The notes beneath the pieces were generated by a model. The model made no database searches, was not told the origin of the DNA, and saw only the letters and a list, made by a program, of their open reading frames with translations. A stretch of DNA of 64,000 bases from Hyphomicrobiales bacterium. GTDB lineage: Bacteria > Pseudomonadota > Alphaproteobacteria > Rhizobiales > Xanthobacteraceae. How positions within the stretch are numbered: the first letter of the stretch is position 1; each line of letters starts with the position of its first letter. Below are positions 50,557 to 59,466 of the stretch, one piece after another. The position numbers were made by a program, and so were the translations under genes. The stretch is from NCBI GenBank assembly GCA_009377695.1, contig WHTP01000002.1:37473-101472 (forward strand), in the 5' to 3' direction.

Positions 50557-50830
50557 GTCTATCCATCCCACGGCCGGGACCGCGACCACCATCATCCAGG
50601 GAGACCCGTCACCCCAATCGCACTCGCGGGCTTCATCCACATGGTCGGGCTGCTCCCACCTGACCAACTCAACGTGGCGGGATACGCACTAACCGCCTAC
50701 AAGCGCGCAAGCGAGGACAATGACCTCAGCATCGCTTGGAACTTCAGCCAGATCGTCGGTGGCCGCCGCGCGACGATCACGTTCATCGGCGCGTGGGATA
50801 CGGTCGCGTCCGTGCTGGTGCCGCGGCGCG
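50557..50830 (+). pseudogene. Fragment of a DUF2235 (Tle1-like alpha/beta hydrolase) gene
   Basis: ...IALAGFIHMVGLL...TITFIGAWDTVASV matches the DUF2235 core. The GxSxG region and both termini are missing. Confidence 0.5.
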
Positions 50831-51123
50831 ATCGTATCGTTCCGACGCTGCTGCAGCACGGTGCTAACGTGCCGAGACCTTACGGTCGTCCGGGTTCGAG
50901 CCCCGGTCTCTCCGCCACTCACTTGCCGAGGAGAGCTCGCTCGTCCTCTTCGATTATCCGTAGCAGGTTATCGGCGCGCTCCTTCGACTCGGAGATGTAT
51001 CGTTGGGTAACATCCTTCCGCTCACCGCTCGGGGTGATTTCGAAAAACGTTTAAGTCATGGAAGCCGAGGTGGCCTTCGCGGTCAGCCGAAGGCCTGGAA
51101 GGAAACTCAGTTGTGGGGGGTCG

Positions 51124-51660
51124 CTATGGGCAGTGCGCCTCATCTTCCTTCTCGGTTAAATATTTGTGGCACAGGAGGCCGTCGACTCTGATCGCGGTGA
51201 TCTTCACATACCGCCACGACAGTTTTCCGCCTGCACCTGGGGTGTCAGGATCATTCCCGCACTTCAATGTTATTTCCACGGGAAGCCTCCTCTCTTCGAT
51301 AACGCCCTGCAATGGAAGCACGGCGTTGTCGAGCTGGTCCACGCCGCTAGGTGCAAGCCTGACTTGGTCAAAATCCAAAACGGCACGGGCCCAGCTAAGC
51401 TCACAGTTAACGGTTACGGGCGACGTCGTTTGCGTTTCGTCCTGATCGAGGCCCACTTTGGCAAATACCGCGTAGCGTCCTGGGGGAACATGTAGAGATA
51501 GAGGAGTTAAGGAATTCACATGGCCAGCTCTCTTCGTTAACGAAAAGACATCGCTCGCAGCGTGGCTGGATCGCATTGGGGAAAGGAGGGCTAGTAGGCA
51601 AGCCAAACTGATGGCTCCGGCCGAACGGATATATCGCGCTGTCGCCTTGCTGGTGATCAT
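51124..51660 (-). CDS. Secreted hypothetical protein
   Basis: GGAAGGGGG precedes ATG 51660. Signal peptide MITSKATARYIRSAGAISLACLLALLSPMRSSHA. Lies in a lower-GC stretch. Confidence 0.55.
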   Translation of the reverse strand: MITSKATARYIRSAGAISLACLLALLSPMRSSHAASDVFSLTKRAGHVNSLTPLSLHVPPGRYAVFAKVGLDQDETQTTSPVTVNCELSWARAVLDFDQVRLAPSGVDQLDNAVLPLQGVIEERRLPVEITLKCGNDPDTPGAGGKLSWRYVKITAIRVDGLLCHKYLTEKEDEAHCP

Positions 51661-51879
51661 AGCCCCCCCTTCCGGGAATGGCATCTCGCGGATCCTGCTC
51701 CTGCCCCCTCCGAGCAACGCCGCTCCGGCATATTTCGCAAACGTCATGTTTTGCTCCCGAGATTGTGTGCGCGGACTTTCGATCGCGGCCGGAATCGTTC
51801 AGGCGGTCTCGATACGTCTACAGGATTAAGTGCTGAATCGTATTGATGAATCGGAAATGGTATCGACCAAGTTTAGGCA

Positions 51880-52075
51880 AATACGACTGATTTACTTGCG
51901 GGGCAGGCGCGCCGCTATGGCAGGCCGCCGGCTATCTGGCATGTCGGAAAAGACATTGCGCGACACGTATGGCCACCATCACCCGGATTACATGGCCGCC
52001 GGCGGTGGCGGCGATCAGCGGCAAGCCAGTGCGCGGCGGACAAGTCGTTTCTATGATTGGCCGGCGCGAAGTGTC
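51880..52075 (+). pseudogene. C-terminal fragment of a tyrosine integrase with a frameshift
   Basis: ...SGMSEKTLRDTYGHHHPDYMAA (integrase C-terminal signature), continuing in the +1 frame as AVAAISGKPVRGGQ... There is no upstream integrase body. Confidence 0.55.
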
Positions 52076-52112
52076 GTGACACAGGTGCTATGTAGCTTAG
52101 TCGGGCCATGGA

Positions 52113-52328
52113 ATGGTTGCACCGGATCGCCGCTCGGCCGCCATCGTCTATCTCTGGGGCGGCGAGCACGAGCAGCGCATGCGCCGTCCGCACGAGGGAC
52201 CGCAGCGTCGCGCTGAGAAGGCGAGAGTGATCCGGCTGCCGAGCCTGCGTAAGTTCTCGCGCGACGAGGTGCGCGTGATGGCGCGCCGCGTCTTCCGCGC
52301 CGAGCGCGCCGCGATGCGCACGCGCTGA
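52113..52328 (+). CDS. Hypothetical small basic protein
   Basis: Track ORF. Weak support only. Confidence 0.3.
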   Translation: MVAPDRRSAAIVYLWGGEHEQRMRRPHEGPQRRAEKARVIRLPSLRKFSRDEVRVMARRVFRAERAAMRTR

Positions 52329-52417
52329 TCCGGCGCGTATCCTTGTTTCATTCGCATGAATGTGCGTAGACGTGAACGTCGCGCGACTCACGCGCGTCGT
52401 AACAACGGAGACGCCAC

Positions 52418-52528
52418 ATGGCGACAAAGGCCAAGAAGGCGAAGCGCACGTCCGGCAAGTCTGGATCAAGCGCGCGCCGCAAGCCCGCAGCGAAGCGCCG
52501 CGCAGGACCGCGCGCTCGCCGGGCGTAA
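52418..52528 (+). CDS. 36-aa highly basic peptide MATKAKKAKRTSGKSGSSARRKPAAKRRAGPRARRA
   Basis: GGAGA lies 7 nt before ATG 52418. A terminator follows. Confidence 0.4.
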   Translation: MATKAKKAKRTSGKSGSSARRKPAAKRRAGPRARRA

Positions 52529-52565
52529 CGCCATCCCACGATTCCTCTTCTGACCTGGACGACTT

Positions 52566-52590
52566 AGCCCCGCTTCGGCGGGGCTTTTTC
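52566..52590 (+). terminator. Rho-independent terminator AGCCCCGC-TTCG-GCGGGGCT-TTTTC
   Basis: Read directly. Confidence 0.8.
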
Positions 52591-52788
52591 ATGTGGGATA
52601 CCGATGCGGCGACATCCGAGTGGCCGACCGATCCGTCGGCGCATTGTGAAGCCACTGCCGATTACGCGCGAACCGCCGCGCGAACCACTCACGCCTGGCC
52701 TGCGCAAGCCAGAGGACGCTGGCGAGTGCATCGGTTTCCACGCTGATTTCATCCGGGACCTCGATGATGTTGAGAGCGACGAATAGCC

Positions 52789-52971
52789 GTGGCTAGGCCC
52801 ACGCTCTCCGATCTTCCGGCACGGCTGCATGATCTGGCCGACCGCGCGCGGCGCCTGCCACCACCGTCCCGCACCGACCCGGAAGCCTTCCACATCGCCC
52901 GCGACGAGCTCGGCGCCGACCTCGAGATCCTGGCCGAGAGCGTCGCGCAACTCGTTCCCAGGGCACGTTGA
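52789..52971 (+). CDS. Hypothetical small phage protein
   Basis: High third-position GC. ATGA overlap with the next gene. Confidence 0.5.
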   Translation: MARPTLSDLPARLHDLADRARRLPPPSRTDPEAFHIARDELGADLEILAESVAQLVPRAR

Positions 52972-53171
52972 TGACCCATACCAACTACGTGATCGCGCTG
53001 GCATCGGGTGCTGGCTACTACCTTGGCGAGGGTTGCTGGACCACCAACCCAGCCAATGCGCTGCGGTTTCGTGACGAAGATCACGCCCGCGCATATGCCG
53101 ACCGCCGACTAGCGGATGGATGCTTCTCCGTTGAACGCGAGCACACGCGACCGAATGTCTCCACTCGCTAA
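52968..53171 (+). CDS. Hypothetical small phage protein
   Basis: Track ORF, coupled to its neighbours. Confidence 0.5.
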   Translation: MMTHTNYVIALASGAGYYLGEGCWTTNPANALRFRDEDHARAYADRRLADGCFSVEREHTRPNVSTR

Positions 53172-53724
53172 CGCCAAACGCGAAGCCTTTGCCCGCGCGA
53201 TCGTCGAGGGCAAGTCGGGCCGGGAAGCCTATCGCTCCGCCGGCTACAAGCCGAAGAACGACGCCACCGCCGACGCCTGCGCCTCGCGGCTCCTGGCAGA
53301 GCCGGCCGTTGCGGCCCGTGTCACCGTGCTCAAGGAGGCGGCCGCCGACGATAGCGTGATGTCGGCGCGCGAGGTGCTCGAGGAACTTTCAAAGCTCGGG
53401 CGATCGTCGATCAAGAACTGCATCGTCAACGGCGACGACGCCGGCGAGGTTATTGCGTCGCTTAGCGACATGCCCGACGAGGTTGCTGCGACCATCCAGG
53501 AGATGACGGTCGAGACCTACACGGAGGGTCGCGGCGACAACGCGCGCGGGGTGAAGCGCGTGCGGCTCAAGCTGCACTCGAAAACCTCCGCGCTCGATCT
53601 CCTCGGCAAGCACTACAAGCTGTTCACCGAGAAGCACGAGCACGACCTGTCCGACCCGCTGAAACAGTTGCTCGCCGACATCAGCGGCACGGCGTTCCGG
53701 CCCAGCGATGGCGACGGCAAGTGA
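53155..53724 (+). CDS. Terminase small subunit
   Basis: MSPLANAKREAFARAIVEGKSGREAYRSAGYKPKNDATADACASRLL... is the typical Terminase_2-type N-terminus. Confidence 0.8.
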   Translation: MSPLANAKREAFARAIVEGKSGREAYRSAGYKPKNDATADACASRLLAEPAVAARVTVLKEAAADDSVMSAREVLEELSKLGRSSIKNCIVNGDDAGEVIASLSDMPDEVAATIQEMTVETYTEGRGDNARGVKRVRLKLHSKTSALDLLGKHYKLFTEKHEHDLSDPLKQLLADISGTAFRPSDGDGK

Positions 53725-55240
53725 CGGCCTGCCGGCCGAGCAAGCGGCGCTGAAGGAGCTGCTGCGCGAGCCGAACTGGCGGCTGCGCAATCTCTACTGG
53801 ATCACGGACAAGGACGGGCGCGAGCTTCTGTTCGCGCCATGGACGGAGCAGGAGAAGCTGCTCGGCAATCTGTGGTACCGCAACATCATCCTGAAGGCCC
53901 GGCAGCGCGGCTTCTCCACGCTAATCCAGGTCGTGATGTTGGACACCTGCCTGTTCAACAAGAACACCAACGCCTCCATCATCGCGCAGGACAAGGACGC
54001 GGCGACCGCGATCTTCCGGACCAAGATCAAGTTCGCCTACGACAAGCTGCCGGCGCCGATCCGGGCGATGAACCCGCTGGTGAAGGATTCCGAAAGCGAA
54101 TTGATCCTGGCGAACGGCTCGGCGCTCAAGGTCGCGACCTCGGCGCGCAGCGGCACGCTGCAATGGCTGCATGTGTCGGAGTTCGGCAAGATCTGCGCGA
54201 AGTACCCGGAGAAGGCCAGGGAGATACTCTCCGGCTCGATTCCGGCCGTCGACCAGAACGGCATCGTCTGCATCGAGTCGACCGCGGAGGGACGAGAGGG
54301 CGCCTTCTTCGAGATGACGCAGCGTGCGCGTGAGCACGCCGACGCGCAGCGCCCGCTTTCGAAGCTCGACTTCCGCTTCCACTTCGCGTCGTGGTGGGAT
54401 GCCGACGAATACGAGCTCGACCCGGCGAAGGTCGTGGTCTCACCGACCGACAATGCGTACTTCGCGCGGCTGGAGGCCGAGATCGGCCGCGAGATCAGCC
54501 CGGCCAAGCGTGCCTGGTACGTAGCGCAGCGCGACAACACGTTCTCCGGCGATCGCGAGATCATGTTTCGCGAGTATCCCTCGACGCCGGACGAGGCATT
54601 CGAGCAATCGACCGAGGGCGTCTATCTCGCCGACCAACTCGCGTTGGCGCGCCGGCAGGGCCGCATCGGCGCGGTGCCTTACGATCCGCGCGTCCCGGTC
54701 AACACGTTCTGGGATCTCGGCCTCGACGACTCGATGGTGATCTGGCTGCACCAGCGCATCGGGCTCAAAGACCACTTCATCGGCTTCATTGAAGGGTCCG
54801 GCGAGCCTTACGGCTACTACGTGCGCGAGTTGCAGAAGCTCGGCTACGTCTGGGGCAAGCACTACCTGCCGCACGACGGCGACCACCGCGCGCCGGGATC
54901 CGAGAGTCTCAAGACGCCGGTCGACATGCTGACCGAGTTGGGGCTGCGCAACATCGAGATCGTGCCGCGTACCTCCGACCTGGTGGCGGCGATCCAGATG
55001 TTGCGGGACGATTTCAATACGTACTGGTTCGACGAGACCGCCTGCGCCGAAGGGCTCAAGCACCTCGCGGGCTATCGCAAGGACTGGAACGAGCGGCTGG
55101 GCGTTTGGTCCGAACGGCCACGCAAGAACGGCCACCAGCATGCCGCCGACGCGCTGCGCCAGAAAGCGCAGGGCTACTCGCCGACAAGCGCGTCCAGCGG
55201 CAAGCGCCGCAACCGCAATCGGTCCGCGATGGCGGTGTGA
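53708..55240 (+). CDS. Terminase large subunit
   Basis: ...NIILKARQRGFSTLI... ATPase motif context, 510 aa, directly after TerS. Confidence 0.85.
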   Translation: MATASDGLPAEQAALKELLREPNWRLRNLYWITDKDGRELLFAPWTEQEKLLGNLWYRNIILKARQRGFSTLIQVVMLDTCLFNKNTNASIIAQDKDAATAIFRTKIKFAYDKLPAPIRAMNPLVKDSESELILANGSALKVATSARSGTLQWLHVSEFGKICAKYPEKAREILSGSIPAVDQNGIVCIESTAEGREGAFFEMTQRAREHADAQRPLSKLDFRFHFASWWDADEYELDPAKVVVSPTDNAYFARLEAEIGREISPAKRAWYVAQRDNTFSGDREIMFREYPSTPDEAFEQSTEGVYLADQLALARRQGRIGAVPYDPRVPVNTFWDLGLDDSMVIWLHQRIGLKDHFIGFIEGSGEPYGYYVRELQKLGYVWGKHYLPHDGDHRAPGSESLKTPVDMLTELGLRNIEIVPRTSDLVAAIQMLRDDFNTYWFDETACAEGLKHLAGYRKDWNERLGVWSERPRKNGHQHAADALRQKAQGYSPTSASSGKRRNRNRSAMAV

Positions 55241-55243
55241 GCG

Positions 55244-55438
55244 TCAATCGAGCGGTCGAAGGACGGTTCGCACCACCACCCTCGCGTCGGGATCCTGCTC
55301 AAGAGGCCAGGTCGGCCCGGGCTTGAGGACGAGCATCGGGCAGCCCGGCACGGTCACGTCCCACACTTCGCGCACGAGCACATGGCCCTCCTTCTCGCAG
55401 GGCAGGATCTCGCGCTTCACAAGGCCGGGCTCGCTCAT
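55244..55438 (-). CDS. Hypothetical 64-aa protein on the opposite strand, between terminase and portal
   Basis: Fills an otherwise empty 223-bp gap. High third-position GC. Weak RBS. Confidence 0.45.
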   Translation of the reverse strand: MSEPGLVKREILPCEKEGHVLVREVWDVTVPGCPMLVLKPGPTWPLEQDPDARVVVRTVLRPLD

Positions 55439-55463
55439 CCGCTCAACCTATCACAGGCAATTC

Positions 55464-55901
55464 ATGAAAGCCGCGATCGACCTCACGCGCTATCACGCGC
55501 GCGCGCAGCACGGCGACATCACCGCCTATCTGACGTGGTGGCTGGCCGACGACGGCGGCCCGCGCCCCTGCATCGTGCTGATCCCGACGCGCATGCACGA
55601 GAGGGTGCAGCCCTGCGTCGTCCATATCGAGCAGGCGTGGATGTGGTCCGAGGAGATCGGCGACCCCGAGCGGGCCTGCCGGCTGGCGTTCGCGTTTGCC
55701 GCCGCGCTGGGCCTCGACGTCAACAACCAGATGAACGTGTTCCGGGTGCGCTCGATCATCGTCGATCACCTGGGCGACCTGCTCACCATGCCGCCGATGC
55801 CAGACGACATGCGCGAGAGCGTGGTCATCGGCGAGGCCAAGGTGACGAACCGCGAGGCGGGCACGGTGGTCCGCCACGAAGAGATCACCGATCGTGTTTG
55901 A
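55464..55901 (+). CDS. Hypothetical phage protein
   Basis: ATG 55464 (MKAAIDLTRYH...). Its stop overlaps the portal start. Confidence 0.55.
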   Translation: MKAAIDLTRYHARAQHGDITAYLTWWLADDGGPRPCIVLIPTRMHERVQPCVVHIEQAWMWSEEIGDPERACRLAFAFAAALGLDVNNQMNVFRVRSIIVDHLGDLLTMPPMPDDMRESVVIGEAKVTNREAGTVVRHEEITDRV

Positions 55902-58176
55902 CCTGCGCGACGATGCCCTGACCGGACGCAAGCGCGCCGATAGTCCGATCCCGGAATCGGCAGACGCGGCTGCGCCGGCTGCGCCGGCGGAGCAACACAA
56001 GCTCGACAGCCCGGAGAGCATCGAAATCTGGCAGCGGATGCTCGACGCCTACACCCGCGAGCTCGACCGCCAGGAGGAGAACCGCCACGAGATGGCGGTC
56101 GACGAGGATTTCTACGACAACATCCAGTACCGCGAGGAAGACGCCCTTGCGCTCGAGGATCGCGGCCAGAAGCCCGTCGTCTACAACGTCATCGCAACCA
56201 CGGTCGATTGGGTGCTCGGCACCGAGAAGCGCGCCCGCGCCGACTTCAAGGTGCTGCCGCGGCGCAAGGACGATGCCAAGCCGGCGGAGCGCAAGTCGCA
56301 GATCCTCAAGTATCTGTCCGACGTCAACCGCACGCCGTTCGAGCGCTCGCGCGCCTTCGCCGATGCGGTCAAGGTCGGCATCGGCTGGATCGAGGATTGC
56401 GTTGAGGAGGACGGCGAGGGCGAGCCGATCGTGTCGCGCTACGAAAACTGGCGCAACATGCTGTGGGACTCGGCGGCGATCCGGCCCGACCTGCAGGACG
56501 GCCGCTACGTCTACCGCTCCAAGTGGGTCGACCTCGACATCATGCAGGCGATGTTCCGGGAGCGGGCAGGGCTCTTGGAGCGCGCCGCCCGTGACGCCGA
56601 GCCGCTGACGCATTCCGGCGAATACGGCGACGAGCCGATGGACCGCGCCGAATTGGAGATGGAGCGCGTCGGCTCGGCGGCGCGATTGCCCAACCGCTAC
56701 CAGCGCGAGCGGGTGCGCGTGATCGAGGGCTGGTTCCGCAAGCCGCAGAAGGTGCAGCGCATTTCCGGCGGACCATTCACCGGCGAACTGTACGACCCGC
56801 ATTCGCCCGGCCATCGCGAGGCGGTCGACAGCGGCGAGGCCGAGCTTGTCGAGCGCGTGACGCTGCGCGTGCATTGCGCGCTGTTCACCGTCACCGGCCT
56901 GCTCTGGCTCGGCCCGTCGCCCTACCGGCACAACCGCTTCCCGTTCACCCCGGTATGGGGCAATCGCCGCGGTCGCGACGGCATGCCCTACGGGATGGTC
57001 CGACGCCTCAAGGACATCAACGAGGACATCAACAAGCGCGTCTCGAAGGCGCTGTTCCTGCTCTCGACCAACCGCGTGATCGCGGACGAGGGCGCCGCCG
57101 ACGACATGGACGAGTTGTTCGACGAGGCGCGCCGCCCCGACGCCAACATCGTCAAGAAGCCGGGCAAGGAAGTCCGCATCGAGACCGAAATGCAACTCGC
57201 CGACGCCCACATCATGCTGATGCAGCAGTCGATCGCGATGATCCAGCGCGCCGGCGGCGTTACCGACGAGAACCAGGGGCTTCGGACCAACGCCACCTCC
57301 GGCATCGCGATCGAGCGCCGGCAAGACCAGGGTGCGGTCGCGACCACGCTCTACTTCGACAATCTGCGGCTGGCGGCCCAGGTGCAGGGCGAGAAGCAAC
57401 TGTCCTTGGTCGAGCAGTTCATGACCGAGCAGAAGCAGTTCCGCATCACCAACATGCGGGGCAAGCCCGAGTTCATTACGGTCAACGACGGGCTGCCTGA
57501 GAACGACATCGTTCGCTCCAAGGCCGACTACGCGATCTCGGAGTCCGACTGGCGTGCCTCGATGCGCGCCGCCGCCGCCGACGAGTTGCTCAATTTGCTG
57601 ATGAAGCTCGCCCCGGCCTCGCCGGAGGTTGCGCTCGCCATCCTCGACCTTGTGGTCGAGCAGATGGACGTGACCAACCGCGAGGAGATCGTCCGGCGCC
57701 TGCGCGACATCACCGGCATGCCGGATCCCGACGCCGACGAGCCGACGCCGGAGGAACAGCAGCGCGCCGCCGCGAAGCAGCAGCAGGCGCAGTTGCAGCA
57801 GGCGACCGTAGAGGCGCAGCTGCGCAAGCTCGTGGCCGAGGCGGTCAAGGCCGAGATGCTGGCGGAGAAGGCCGGGGCGGACACGGTACGCGCCAACATC
57901 TCGTCGATCGGCGGCCCCAAGCGCGGCGCCATCGACATCATTGCCGATGTGATGGGCGCACCTGCCATCGCACCCGCGGCCGACGAGGTGCTGCGCGAAG
58001 CGGGCTTCGTCGGTCGCGGAGAGAAAGAAGCGGCGCAGGTGCAGGCCCTCCAAGATGCGCAAGCCGCTGGGCAAGCGGCGGCGTCGGCGCAAGGAAATCC
58101 ACCCGCTGCCCCCGGCCTGGGCCTGGGCCAGGACGCGGGACAACCCCCACAAGGAGCACCCAATGGCGAAGCGTGA
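55894..58176 (+). CDS. Portal protein
   Basis: 760 aa, GTG start. ...MAVDEDFYDNIQYREEDALALEDRGQKPVVYNVIATTVDWVLG... is a typical podovirus-like portal N-terminus. Position between terminase and scaffold fits. Confidence 0.8.
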   Translation: MFDLRDDALTGRKRADSPIPESADAAAPAAPAEQHKLDSPESIEIWQRMLDAYTRELDRQEENRHEMAVDEDFYDNIQYREEDALALEDRGQKPVVYNVIATTVDWVLGTEKRARADFKVLPRRKDDAKPAERKSQILKYLSDVNRTPFERSRAFADAVKVGIGWIEDCVEEDGEGEPIVSRYENWRNMLWDSAAIRPDLQDGRYVYRSKWVDLDIMQAMFRERAGLLERAARDAEPLTHSGEYGDEPMDRAELEMERVGSAARLPNRYQRERVRVIEGWFRKPQKVQRISGGPFTGELYDPHSPGHREAVDSGEAELVERVTLRVHCALFTVTGLLWLGPSPYRHNRFPFTPVWGNRRGRDGMPYGMVRRLKDINEDINKRVSKALFLLSTNRVIADEGAADDMDELFDEARRPDANIVKKPGKEVRIETEMQLADAHIMLMQQSIAMIQRAGGVTDENQGLRTNATSGIAIERRQDQGAVATTLYFDNLRLAAQVQGEKQLSLVEQFMTEQKQFRITNMRGKPEFITVNDGLPENDIVRSKADYAISESDWRASMRAAAADELLNLLMKLAPASPEVALAILDLVVEQMDVTNREEIVRRLRDITGMPDPDADEPTPEEQQRAAAKQQQAQLQQATVEAQLRKLVAEAVKAEMLAEKAGADTVRANISSIGGPKRGAIDIIADVMGAPAIAPAADEVLREAGFVGRGEKEAAQVQALQDAQAAGQAAASAQGNPPAAPGLGLGQDAGQPPQGAPNGEA

Positions 58177-59182
58177 CGACCTCAACGAGGATCTGGGCCT
58201 GACCGAGGACGAGCGCGCGGCGCTCGAGGAAGGCGAGGCCGAGGACGCCGCCACAGCCAAGGCCGAAGGCGACGCCACCGCGTTCGACTTCAACGAGGCG
58301 AAGGGCGCGGTGAAGGACGACGCCAAGGCTGATGACAAGGCCGACGCCAAGCCCGAGCCGGCCGCGGATGCCAAGGCTGATGACAAGAAGGCTGACGACA
58401 AGCCGGCGGAGGCGAAGGGCGACGACGCGGCCAAGACCGACGCGGCCAACGCGGATGACGGCGCCGAGAAGGGCGACGGCAAAGGCGCCGACGCCAAGAC
58501 CGACACCAAGCCCGACACCGAGGCCCGCGCCCCGCGCCAGGCGGTGCCGGCATGGACCGCGCCCGCGGACGCCGAGGCGCAGCTCACGCAACTCGCGACC
58601 GAGCGCGATCAACTCGCCGAACGCTTCGACAACGGCGAGATCACCGCCAAGGAACTGCTCTCCAAGCAGGCGGAGATCGCCTCGCGCGAGCGCAAGATCG
58701 AGCGCGACCGCGACCGCGCCGAAATGGCAAGCGAGATGGCGACGGCCGTGTGGACGCAGACCACGGTGCCGACCTTCCTCGACGCTCACCCGCACTACCG
58801 CAACAACCAGACGCTAAACGGCATGCTCGACGCCGAGGTGCGCCGGTTGCAGGTCGCTGCGATGGAGGCCGGCAAGGATCAGCTGGACCCGTCGATCCTG
58901 ATTGACGCCGACGCGAACATCGCCGCCGCGCTGGCGCCGTTCGGCGTGAAGCCCAAGGTGGCAGCCTCGGCCGCAGCCGACGCCGGCAAGACCGCCGCGC
59001 CTGCAGGCAAGCCCGAGATCCCGCCGACGCTCGGCACGCTGCCGGCGACCGAGATCACCGGCACCGGCGACGGCAAGTACGCCAGCCTCGACCGCCTCGC
59101 CGAAGCCAACCCCATCGCCTTCGAGGACGCGCTGGCGAAGCTGCCAGAGGCGGAGCGCGAGGCGTATCTGCGCGCGCACTAA
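58163..59182 (+). CDS. Scaffolding protein
   Basis: AAGGAG precedes ATG 58163. Acidic, Ala/Asp/Lys-rich, coiled coil. Position between portal and capsid fits. Confidence 0.7.
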   Translation: MAKRDDLNEDLGLTEDERAALEEGEAEDAATAKAEGDATAFDFNEAKGAVKDDAKADDKADAKPEPAADAKADDKKADDKPAEAKGDDAAKTDAANADDGAEKGDGKGADAKTDTKPDTEARAPRQAVPAWTAPADAEAQLTQLATERDQLAERFDNGEITAKELLSKQAEIASRERKIERDRDRAEMASEMATAVWTQTTVPTFLDAHPHYRNNQTLNGMLDAEVRRLQVAAMEAGKDQLDPSILIDADANIAAALAPFGVKPKVAASAAADAGKTAAPAGKPEIPPTLGTLPATEITGTGDGKYASLDRLAEANPIAFEDALAKLPEAEREAYLRAH

Positions 59183-59413
59183 ATGCCGCTCAAACTGTCC
59201 GTCCGCGTCGGCCAATCCATCGCGATCGGCGGACCCACGACACTGCGGGTTGAGAGCAAATCCGGGCAGGAAATCGGCCTCGTCTTCGATGCCGACCGCT
59301 CGGTGCCGATCCGCATCATCGACGACGCGCCCGCGAAAGCCGCGACGGGCGCGACGGGCCTTGGCCTCGAAGGGCGGGACACCCCGCCATCGCCCGGCCT
59401 CGGCCGCAAATAG
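59183..59413 (+). CDS. CsrA-like small protein (carbon storage regulator fold candidate)
   Basis: MPLKLSVRVGQSIAIGGPTTLRVESKSGQEIGLVFDADRSVPIRIIDD aligns by eye to CsrA [47 protein letters not shown]. Confidence 0.4.
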   Translation: MPLKLSVRVGQSIAIGGPTTLRVESKSGQEIGLVFDADRSVPIRIIDDAPAKAATGATGLGLEGRDTPPSPGLGRK

Positions 59414-59466
59414 CGGCATCACCCACTGGCGCATGACGGGCCGGTTCTGAAAAGGAGTCAGTCTCA

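Noticed and set aside
50210-50566. 118-aa minus-strand ORF and 162-aa ORF 49869-50357 in the moron island
   Set aside because: Arg/Gly-rich junk-like translations that overlap recognisable gene fragments on the other strand.
52591-52786. Protein-coding ORFs in the stretch after the 52566 terminator (52604-52786, 52591-52746)
   Set aside because: Two overlapping frames have similar, mediocre third-position GC, with no RBS or motif. I could not choose between them, so neither was called.
55885-58587. 900-aa minus-strand ORF antisense to the portal and scaffold genes. The same applies to 57938-58795, 59524-60591 and other long antisense ORFs.
   Set aside because: Low-complexity Ala/Ser/Leu/Arg translations opposite well-supported phage structural genes; shadow ORFs.
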